From: Candidatus Saccharimonadota bacterium
GTDB taxonomy: Bacteria > Patescibacteriota > Saccharimonadia > Saccharimonadales > JAGPDM01
NCBI GenBank assembly: GCA_018057585.1
Contig: JAGPDM010000001.1
Location: 1 to 50,199 of the forward strand
Reading direction: 5' to 3'
DNA: 50,199 nt
The notes below the pieces were generated by a model. It was given only the letters and a program-made list of their open reading frames with translations, had not been told where the DNA came from and made no database searches. Each line of letters opens with the position of its first letter. Within the stretch, counting starts at the first letter, position 1. Shown here one piece after another: positions 35,818 through 43,460 of the stretch. A program made the position numbers and the translations under genes.

Positions 35818-36288
35818 TTACTTTTTATTTTTAATAATTTTCGATAATACCAAATTTTCTTCTTTTGAGAGCGACAATTGCGAAGAACCATTATTTATCT
35901 CCTTAGTATAGACTCTAGTGTTCTCACGACTATGGATAGCGGTAATTATTACTCCACTATTAGTGTGATCTAACATGCACAGAGCAAAGCTCTGATCTCC
36001 ACCAGTGTCGCGGAACGGATTGAATCTCAAAAGTGCGGTTTTCTGTAGTGATCGCTCAGAAATTGATTTTACTTCAGAGTACAGCTTCTTAATCTGCGTC
36101 TGTTGCTGTTCGATGTTCTTATTACTAGAGATTATTTCTTCTAAAACTAGATTAAGATCTCCACTGCTACTTAAATCAAGTACGTTTTTTATTTGCTTCT
36201 TTAGCTTTGAGATAGTAAGTAAATTAGCGATAGATACGGTACTTAAAAGGACAATTGGAACGACTAAGACTAATTCTAATTGATTCAT
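35818..36288 (-). CDS. DUF4446-family membrane protein
   Basis: N-terminal TM helix, a coiled region, and LLRFNPFRDTGGDQSFALCMLDHTNSGVIITAIHSRENTRVY. Confidence 0.7.
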   Translation of the reverse strand: MNQLELVLVVPIVLLSTVSIANLLTISKLKKQIKNVLDLSSSGDLNLVLEEIISSNKNIEQQQTQIKKLYSEVKSISERSLQKTALLRFNPFRDTGGDQSFALCMLDHTNSGVIITAIHSRENTRVYTKEINNGSSQLSLSKEENLVLSKIIKNKK

Positions 36289-36318
36289 AATTGTAGTATA
36301 GACTAAAATTCAAGATAA

Positions 36319-37815
36319 TTATTTAAATCGATACTGGAGAGCTTCAGCAACGGCCCGTTTGTCTATGAGTTCGCTGTTGTTGATGTCTGCAATTGTTCGG
36401 CTGACTTTTACAGTCTTAACATATGATCTTGAACTCAGCTTCAGACCTTTTGATGCCCTATCTAGTAATTCTTGCGATTCTTCGTCTAGATTTGCAAATT
36501 TTATCACCTCACGATTACTCATGTGTGCATTTAGCTTAGTGGAATTACCGAATCGTTGCTTCTGTCTGTCCCTGGCCCGATTTACGACGCTAGCCATGTC
36601 TACGTTCACGCTGTCCTTAATTGGCGTTTGTAATATCTCTGAATTATCGATCCTATCAATCTTGACGCTTAGATCAATTCGGTCTAAAAGTGGTCCCGAT
36701 ATACGTTTAGAGTACTGATTTATTTGATGCGGAGTACAAAGACATTCTTTATCTTTGTCTCCATAGTAGCCACAAGGACAGGGATTCTGGGTGGCCACAA
36801 GGGTGAATTGAGCAGGATATCTAACTCTCCCCTCGGCACGAGAGATGTCGACGTAGCTATCTTCTAGGGGCTGTCTTAGAGTCTCTAGAACCTGCCTAGG
36901 GTATTCGGGAAGCTCATCTAGAAATAATATCCCACGGTGACTAAGGCTGATCTCTCCCGGTTTAGGGATTCTACCGCCACCGATCATTGAAACGTGACTA
37001 GCAGTATGGTGTGGAGACCTTACTGGCCTATCCGATATCACTTGTCCTATGCTAGATCCGCCAATGCTCTGTATGTTTGTCACTTCAATAATCTCCTCAT
37101 CATTCATTGGGGGTAGTATCGATGGCAGGGCTTTAGCTAGCATGCTTTTGCCCGCTCCAGGCGGACCTGACAGAATTATGTTGTGCCCGCCAGCCGCTAC
37201 AATCATCATTGCACGTTTAGCCTGTGGTTGACCTTTAATGTCTGAAAAATCTAGTTTATTCACTCGATTTATTTTATTTCTGAAAGATGTGAAGCTGTTT
37301 ATATCCTGTTCATTATTGAGAAACATTACTACTTCTCTAAGGTTGCCTGCTGGCTTTATCTCAATATCTTTGACAAGACAAGCTTCGTCCGCATTAGCTT
37401 TGGGGATAACAATCTGTTTAAATCCGCGATCCCTAGCTAATATTGTATGGGCCAGAGCTCCCGGCACTGGTCGAAGCTCTCCGCTAAGTGATAGCTCGCC
37501 AATAAAAAAAGTTTTATCCAGCACCGCTGGCACTTGTTTAGATTTAGCCAAGATTGCAATAGCAAGTGGTAGATCGTAGCTACTACCTTGCTTAGGCATG
37601 TCTGCAGGCGCTAGATTCAAAGTTATCCTTTTCTTGGGTAATTGTAGGCTTGAGTTTACGAGAGCGCTCCTTACGCGTTCCTTGGCCTCATCTATGCTTT
37701 TTCCAGCAAGTCCTACCATGAGTATAGAAGGCAGGCCGTTGCTTAGTTCACATTCGACGTTAACGAGCCTGCTTTCGTAACCTATTATGCTTCCAGTATG
37801 AATAGTTACTGACAT
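36319..37815 (-). CDS. comM: YifB/ComM-family Mg-chelatase-like AAA+ ATPase
   Basis: Lon-protease-like N-domain, Walker A ILSGPPGAGKSMLA, Walker B GILFLDELPE, and a CxxC...C cluster (NPCPCGYYGDKDKECLC). Confidence 0.9.
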   Translation of the reverse strand: MSVTIHTGSIIGYESRLVNVECELSNGLPSILMVGLAGKSIDEAKERVRSALVNSSLQLPKKRITLNLAPADMPKQGSSYDLPLAIAILAKSKQVPAVLDKTFFIGELSLSGELRPVPGALAHTILARDRGFKQIVIPKANADEACLVKDIEIKPAGNLREVVMFLNNEQDINSFTSFRNKINRVNKLDFSDIKGQPQAKRAMMIVAAGGHNIILSGPPGAGKSMLAKALPSILPPMNDEEIIEVTNIQSIGGSSIGQVISDRPVRSPHHTASHVSMIGGGRIPKPGEISLSHRGILFLDELPEYPRQVLETLRQPLEDSYVDISRAEGRVRYPAQFTLVATQNPCPCGYYGDKDKECLCTPHQINQYSKRISGPLLDRIDLSVKIDRIDNSEILQTPIKDSVNVDMASVVNRARDRQKQRFGNSTKLNAHMSNREVIKFANLDEESQELLDRASKGLKLSSRSYVKTVKVSRTIADINNSELIDKRAVAEALQYRFK

Positions 37816-37839
37816 AAATCCTCATAATTATCTGCATGA

Positions 37840-37869
37840 ATTCTAAGCTTGAATGCTGTTACCTGTAAA
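37840..37869 (-). promoter_or_regulatory. Candidate comM promoter
   Basis: On the minus strand: TTTACA (37869-37864), an 18-nt spacer, then TAGAAT (37845-37840). GAGGA RBS before the ATG. Confidence 0.4.
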
Positions 37870-37874
37870 GCTCT

Positions 37875-37962
37875 TTAAATAAATAACAGCGACCCGGAGA
37901 AGGTCGCTGTTGATGGTATGTAACCGTTTTTGTTTTTGAGTACTTTTTTTATTCAAAGTACT
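37875..37962 (-). ncRNA. Candidate ~90-nt small RNA (promoter, 5' hairpin, terminator)
   Basis: Minus-strand TTGACA (37997-37992), a 17-nt spacer, then TAATCT (37974-37969). Next comes the hairpin AGTACTTT/AAAGTACT (37939-37962), a CA-rich linker, and the terminator at 37885-37911. It contains no ORF. Confidence 0.25.
37885..37911 (-). terminator. Intrinsic terminator oriented on the minus strand, upstream of the comM promoter
   Basis: Perfect 10-bp stem AACAGCGACC / GGTCGCTGTT with a 7-nt loop. The U-rich tract TTATTTATTT follows only on the minus strand. Confidence 0.55.
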
Positions 37963-38025
37963 GAATACAGATTAGAATATGCTTATGTTAGTGTCAATAG
38001 TCATTTTTACAATGACAATTCTGCC

Positions 38026-38034
38026 TGTGGATAA
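38026..38034. other. Perfect DnaA-box 9-mer (TGTGGATAA = TTATCCACA), isolated
   Basis: Exact match read directly from the sequence. I found no second box with 1 mismatch or fewer within the region. Confidence 0.4.
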
Positions 38035-39107
38035 AAGGTAAGATTCTTTGCCGATTTATAGAAGCGCTCCGTTCATTACTGCTTTAAATAAGAAGTTTCA
38101 TCAACCCTGCGTTAGCTAGGTGTGTGATGATAATTTAAAAAAATAATCACACTTAGCTCATCAGGAAATGCATCTCATCCAGTATTTTATGAAGGTTAAC
38201 TAAGTAGCTCAAATCATCAAATCTGTCTGACGTAGGTGATTTCGTGCCTAACGAATCGAAGTATTGGTGAGCACTAATATCTTTACATGCAGTCAACCTT
38301 GGGCAGGTGTCTGATCGACCAATAGGTTTGCTTGGTGATATGAAAAGACATGGATTTTAAGCAGAGCTCGATAAGTACCATTACCCCTACAAATTCAAAG
38401 CATTGGATCAGGCCGTTGTCTATCAACTAGTTATTTCAAGCATTAGATTAGTCTCATTGATTTTGTGAGCAGACTAGTAACTTGCCGAACAGGTTTAGCT
38501 GTCTGCAGATCGCTTTACGATTCAGCTTAAAAGTCAATCGAATTTAGCCGCTCCAATATATAGCAGTAGATTGGTTCATGATTTTTCTAGCTGCACGTAC
38601 AATTAATTATCTGTACGTATCTGTAGCCTTATTGCTCTTACTTTTGAAATAGAGCTTTTGTTAGGCAGTAGCGGCGTCGATAGCAACATAGATGATGCCT
38701 TTGAATGGTAATTAAATCACAGTTAGTTATAAATTTTAATTAAAAGTTTAAATATTATGAATCGGCTTTTATTAATATAAAATTACATTTCAAGTGATTT
38801 TAGTTAAATGTCGATACTGTTCAATGTTGGCTGTTTTGAAAGTGCTAATTCTAAACATAATAACTAGAGTGTTCAATTAAATTCTTCAAGACTCATAAGA
38901 ATACTTAGTAAATTTATATTAATATTGTAATTAATACTACATTAAATTTTTAAAATTACATCTGTTAATTCTTTTTACTACAACAAAATGTATTACTATT
39001 CATTGACTTGTTGAATATTAACTTGTTAATGTATATTTGTAACATTAAATCAATGTTATGCAAGTGTAGGTAGTTTGTTGCTTCTAGGTTTAAGCCTGAA
39101 GCAATTT

Positions 39108-39169
39108 AAAATAGAGCAATAAGCGCCACATAATTTGAGAAGTGTAGGGCGGTTTTATTGCTCTATTTT
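39108..39169. repeat. Long inverted repeat / hairpin immediately upstream of the 39199 operon
   Basis: AAAATAGAGCAATAA (39108-39122) pairs perfectly with TTATTGCTCTATTTT (39155-39169). An inner CGCC/GGCG adds 4 bp, the loop is 20 nt, and a T-run follows. Confidence 0.6.
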
Positions 39170-39198
39170 TTATATTATGAGGGTATACTGGTAATATT

Positions 39199-39525
39199 AT
39201 GAATATCCTAACATCACTCAAGCAGCAGTCATTCTTGTTGATAGCTTTAACCTTGAGCGTAGCTGTGATCGCCATAACTACTTCGCCCTTTTCATATCCA
39301 ATTTATGTGCCGATATTAGTAGTTTTGCTCGCTTCAATCAGCTTTATATCTATGGTTATGTTGCGTAATAAATTAAAAATATCTGTGAATATCGCTACGT
39401 TGGTGCATTTGAACATTATTGTCGCAGTAATTGTTGCACTATGTTCTTTACACCAGTTAAAAATTACTGACATGGCCTTGATAATTGGGCTGTATTTCTT
39501 ACTCAGGATTTATTCTAAAAGGTAG
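39199..39525 (+). CDS. Small polytopic membrane protein, hypothetical
   Basis: 108 aa with three to four hydrophobic helices. First gene of a co-directional trio. The RBS is weak. Confidence 0.5.
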   Translation: MNILTSLKQQSFLLIALTLSVAVIAITTSPFSYPIYVPILVVLLASISFISMVMLRNKLKISVNIATLVHLNIIVAVIVALCSLHQLKITDMALIIGLYFLLRIYSKR

Positions 39526-39564
39526 CGATGTAATTAGTGTTGGTTATTGTTATAATGCTTATAA

Positions 39565-40014
39565 ATGGAAGAACAAAATATAAATATGCAAACTGGAAAC
39601 ACAGAATTTAGACAGCCTGCACAAGAGTTTGTTGCTCCGCCGGGTAGTGAGCTTGTACCAGATTTAGCTCCAGCACCTGCAATGCAAGAAAAGGCTCCAG
39701 CAAACAGGGAGGGCGCTAATCAGAATAGTGGAATGACCTTGCCACCGGTTGTGCCTCAACCAATTTCAAACACTCCTGATCCACAGTCAGCAGCTTCTAT
39801 TAGCCAGGTTGCACCACTAGTGATAGACCCTAATCCACCTAAGGCAGACGATGTCGATGTGATTGAAAAAGAATGGGTAGATAAGGCAAGAAAGATCGTA
39901 GAGCAATCCAAAGACGACCCATACAGACAGGAGCTAGAAGTCGGAAAGCTTCAGATCGACTATATGAATAAACGTTATGGTAGGGAAATTAAACCTGGCA
40001 GTACGTCGCCTTAG
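39565..40014 (+). CDS. Hypothetical protein: Pro-rich N-half, charged helical C-terminus
   Basis: 149 aa. The C-terminal segment is DVIEKEWVDKARKIVEQSKDDPYRQELEVGKLQIDYMNKRYGREIK. Ends 9 nt before the ATPase gene. Confidence 0.65.
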   Translation: MEEQNINMQTGNTEFRQPAQEFVAPPGSELVPDLAPAPAMQEKAPANREGANQNSGMTLPPVVPQPISNTPDPQSAASISQVAPLVIDPNPPKADDVDVIEKEWVDKARKIVEQSKDDPYRQELEVGKLQIDYMNKRYGREIKPGSTSP

Positions 40015-40023
40015 GCTAATTGT

Positions 40024-43000
40024 ATGGCAGGTGTAATAGCAGTTTTAGTAACGATCAGCTTCTTCTTAGGAGCAATTGCTTTCGTCTACTACCGGTATCG
40101 TTCGATTCTAAGATATGCTAAGGGAGTAGAGAGAGGCTTGAAAGTTGTGCCGCTTCTAATCGAACTACCACCAGCAAGCGATGACACCGAGATAGGCACA
40201 AGAGATGTTAGGGACGTCTTACAGGAGAAAGTCTCACAAGCGGAGGTGCTATATAACATAGTTGCAAGCACGGCCCAGGATGGATTTAAGAGTAAATTTT
40301 ACGGACAGAGGCACATAGCATTCGAAATCGTGGCCGTTAAAGGTAGTGTTCACTTCTATGCAGCAGTTCCTGTGGCTCTGTTGGATATTGTTAAACAGGC
40401 GATTGTCAGTGCCTACCCGACGGTCCAGCTTCAAGAAGCACAAGAGCATAATATATTTAGTCAAGTTGGAAAGATTAGCGGGACCATAGGTGGCGAGGTG
40501 GTCCTTAAGAATGATTATGCATACCCGATCGCAACTATACAGCAGACTAAGCGAGATGGGATGCAGGGTCTACTCAACGCCTTGACAGCACTTGGCCCAG
40601 ACGATGGCGCTGCGGTACAGATCATGCTCCGTCCCGCAAAGTCTGGCTGGGAAAAGAAATCTAAGGATTTAGTCGATAGAATCAAAAAGGATAAAGGCAA
40701 AAGTGGCTCAGGTATTTCCGCTGGACTAGGTGGAGTCATGGACCTTATGGCGGCACCAAGCAAAGTCCCAGAAGCTAAAGAGAAAGCTCCGGACGAAAAG
40801 CAGCTTTCTAATCTAGAACAGAGTCAAGTAGAGGCAGTCGAAGAGAAAACCAGGCATCCAGCCTACGAGGTACTGATCAGGGTTGTTAGTTCATCAAATA
40901 CGGCGAATCGCTCTCAATCGACCCTACGCAATATTATTTCTTCATTTTCACTCTATGATGCCCCGGGATTGAACGGTTTTAAATATAATGAAGCTAAAGA
41001 TATCGAGAATTTCGTCACGGCGTTCATTTTTAGATTTTTTCCACCAGAGATTGACACCAATGTTTTGAATAGTGTAGAGCTAGCGACCTTATTTCATTTT
41101 CCTGATCAACAGTTTACTTATTCATCCCAGCTTCAGAGACAGTCTGCTAAGCAAGTTGACGGACCTAATATTTTGCCAGACTCCGGACTGTTGCTGGGCT
41201 ATAACGTGTTTAGGGGTGTTAAAAAAGAGATCCGCCTCAGCGCTGATGACCGTCGCAGGCATGTATATATAGTTGGTCAAACTGGTACTGGTAAGTCAAC
41301 ACTACTAGAGAACATAATCCTCCAGGACATGGTTGATGGAAACGGGCTAGCTTTTGTTGATCCTCACGGTGACACGGCCGAAAAGTTGCTATCCATGGCA
41401 CCGAGGAACAGAGTAGACGATATCGTCTACTTCAATCCGGGGGACATGGCCAATCCTTTAGGTTTGAATTTATTCGAGTTTACAGACCCTGAACAAAAGG
41501 ATTTTCTGATACAGGAAGCTATAAACATGCTATATAAGTTGTACGATCCACAACACCAAGGAATAATTGGCCCTAGATACGAGCACTGGTTTAGAAATGC
41601 CGCACTGACACTTATGGCCGATCCTAAAGGTGCTACATTCATAGAGATTCCTAAGATATTTACAGATAAGCAATTTGCTAAAGAAAAGCTAAAGTACGTC
41701 AAAGACCCGACTGTTCTAGATTTTTGGAATAAAGAAATGGCACAGACAAGTGATTATCATAAGAGTGAAGTCCTTGGTTGGTTTGTTAGTAAGTTCGGTG
41801 CTTTTGTCAGTAACGAAATGATGCGCAATATTATCGGACAGGTAAAGGGCTCGTTTGAGCTTCGAGATATTATGGATAATAAGAAAATATTGATAGTTAA
41901 CCTTTCGAAAGGCAAGGTGGGTGAACTAAACTCCAAGCTACTTGGAATGATATTCATAATGAAGTTTCAGGCTGCCGCCATGAGCAGAGCTAATATACCC
42001 GAAGACCAGCGCGTCGACTTCAGTCTGTATGTTGATGAGTTTCAGAACTTTTCAACTGACTCATTTGCCACGATATTGTCTGAGGCTAGAAAGTACCGTC
42101 TGAACCTAATCGTCGCCAACCAGTTCATAGGGCAGTTAACCGAAGAAATACGTGATGCGGTTTTTGGAAACGTCGGAACGATCATTAGTCTTAGGGCTGG
42201 TGCCACTGATGCAGATTTCCTAGTAAAACAATTCACACCGATATTTGATGCCCAAGATATTATAAAAGTACCGAACTACAACGCTATTACAAGATTGATG
42301 ATTGGGGGTGTTCCTTCCCAGCCTTTCAGCCTGACCACCTTGCCACCCTTTGGTACTCCGAACGAGCAGTTAATGAGTGCACTTAAGCAGCTGTCTGCTG
42401 CTCGTTATGGCAAACCACGTGCAGATGTTGAGAAGGACATATTTAAGCGATTAGAAACGAAGCCAGTACCTAATAAGCCAAAACTAGGAGCTCCTGGAGC
42501 GACTGGACGCGCATTGCCTGCTGCAGGCGGAGTAGGAGGGCGCCCTGGAGCAAAGGCTCCGGGCAAGCCAGGCTCAAGCTCTTTCTTGGACGACTGGCTA
42601 GCTAAGAAGAGGAAACAGGCAGCCACCTCATCATCCGGTCCATCCAGCTCGCTGCCAATGACGGCTTCATCAAGAGGTAGCAGCGATATCTCGACTAGCC
42701 AGCTACCACTACCGGCCGTGGTCAATGATCAGACGAGTAATAATACTCAGCAGTCTGAAAGTGTTTCTGGTGCCATAGATTATAGCCAACCACCAGTCGG
42801 GACAGATCAATCAACACCTGGAACCCCACAGCAAACCATTAACAACGAGCCACAGCCTGCGGTAACACCTTCGCAGTCCATTACCGCTCAGGCCATGGAT
42901 GCTCAATCTAACCCACGGAATATATATCAAAAAGCTCCAGCACAGGACGCAACAGTGAGCATTGATAACAACCTACAGGACGGCGGACTTGTGCAAAGCG

Positions 43001-43062
43001 CTCAAACTGATCAGCTGTCCCAGATTAATATTGATCAGAACGGTAATATAATCAACAAATAA
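40024..43062 (+). CDS. Membrane-anchored P-loop NTPase of the VirD4/TraD/VirB4-like (FtsK-HerA superfamily) type, with a long disordered tail
   Basis: N-terminal TM helix. Walker A GQTGTGKST (41275-41301), Walker B LYVDEFQNF (42025-42051), and ARKYRLNLIVANQFIGQL. The last ~200 aa are P/S/T/Q-rich. Confidence 0.85.
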   Translation: MAGVIAVLVTISFFLGAIAFVYYRYRSILRYAKGVERGLKVVPLLIELPPASDDTEIGTRDVRDVLQEKVSQAEVLYNIVASTAQDGFKSKFYGQRHIAFEIVAVKGSVHFYAAVPVALLDIVKQAIVSAYPTVQLQEAQEHNIFSQVGKISGTIGGEVVLKNDYAYPIATIQQTKRDGMQGLLNALTALGPDDGAAVQIMLRPAKSGWEKKSKDLVDRIKKDKGKSGSGISAGLGGVMDLMAAPSKVPEAKEKAPDEKQLSNLEQSQVEAVEEKTRHPAYEVLIRVVSSSNTANRSQSTLRNIISSFSLYDAPGLNGFKYNEAKDIENFVTAFIFRFFPPEIDTNVLNSVELATLFHFPDQQFTYSSQLQRQSAKQVDGPNILPDSGLLLGYNVFRGVKKEIRLSADDRRRHVYIVGQTGTGKSTLLENIILQDMVDGNGLAFVDPHGDTAEKLLSMAPRNRVDDIVYFNPGDMANPLGLNLFEFTDPEQKDFLIQEAINMLYKLYDPQHQGIIGPRYEHWFRNAALTLMADPKGATFIEIPKIFTDKQFAKEKLKYVKDPTVLDFWNKEMAQTSDYHKSEVLGWFVSKFGAFVSNEMMRNIIGQVKGSFELRDIMDNKKILIVNLSKGKVGELNSKLLGMIFIMKFQAAAMSRANIPEDQRVDFSLYVDEFQNFSTDSFATILSEARKYRLNLIVANQFIGQLTEEIRDAVFGNVGTIISLRAGATDADFLVKQFTPIFDAQDIIKVPNYNAITRLMIGGVPSQPFSLTTLPPFGTPNEQLMSALKQLSAARYGKPRADVEKDIFKRLETKPVPNKPKLGAPGATGRALPAAGGVGGRPGAKAPGKPGSSSFLDDWLAKKRKQAATSSSGPSSSLPMTASSRGSSDISTSQLPLPAVVNDQTSNNTQQSESVSGAIDYSQPPVGTDQSTPGTPQQTINNEPQPAVTPSQSITAQAMDAQSNPRNIYQKAPAQDATVSIDNNLQDGGLVQSAQTDQLSQINIDQNGNIINK

Positions 43063-43076
43063 CGGTAGTGGTGTCT

Positions 43077-43460
43077 CTAGGCTGTGTATTTGTGATTAAA
43101 GAATACGACTATTAATTCAACAGAAAGACCAATAAATCCACCGATTAGTAGCGCCATTATACTTACTGAATAGTTGTAGCTATATCCATAGAATTTTGCA
43201 AGTTCCCAGAGTATTATTGTTACTAGCAGGCCGGAGAAAACCGCCCCGAACATCGCAGAATTACGAGCTACAGAATTATGGGTGATTTCATGCAGAAAAT
43301 GCCGGTCAGTTCGGTTGCCAGTAGAGTTTTTCCTAATCTTTTTCACTCTATATTCAGGATTGTTGTTTGGTAGATCTATAATTGCAGAGTTTGCCTTTAA
43401 TTTTTTAATCACGGACTGTCTAGGCTGGTTTGGTTTAGCTCGGGTTATATCACCTTTCAT
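43077..43460 (-). CDS. Hypothetical membrane protein (basic N-half, two C-terminal TM helices)
   Basis: 127 aa. Overlaps the end of the upstream 548-aa gene by 11 nt. Confidence 0.55.
   Translation of the reverse strand: MKGDITRAKPNQPRQSVIKKLKANSAIIDLPNNNPEYRVKKIRKNSTGNRTDRHFLHEITHNSVARNSAMFGAVFSGLLVTIILWELAKFYGYSYNYSVSIMALLIGGFIGLSVELIVVFFNHKYTA

Noticed and set aside
36359-37780. Plus-strand ORFs of 60-119 aa inside comM, and similar antisense ORFs elsewhere (e.g. 2040-2393, 7036-7464, 10041-10355, 13601-14096, 19447-19828, 41427-41702, 46342-46674, 46900-47223)
   Set aside because: They lie entirely within well-supported conserved genes on the opposite strand. They have low-complexity Ser/Leu/Arg-rich translations and no RBS. 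They are shadow ORFs.
37816-39198. Chromosomal replication origin (oriC) in the AT-rich ORF-free region near gyrBA
   Set aside because: There is only one perfect DnaA box (38026-38034). Other 9-mers I checked have 2-3 or more mismatches and are not clustered. dnaA and dnaN are not adjacent, and the box lies about 700 nt from the most AT-rich stretch. This is not enough to call an origin without genome-wide GC-skew and box-cluster analysis.
39090-39275. 61-aa minus-strand ORF spanning the long hairpin and the start of the 39199 gene
   Set aside because: It runs through a perfect inverted repeat and overlaps the better-supported plus-strand membrane-protein gene. It has no RBS and is probably spurious.
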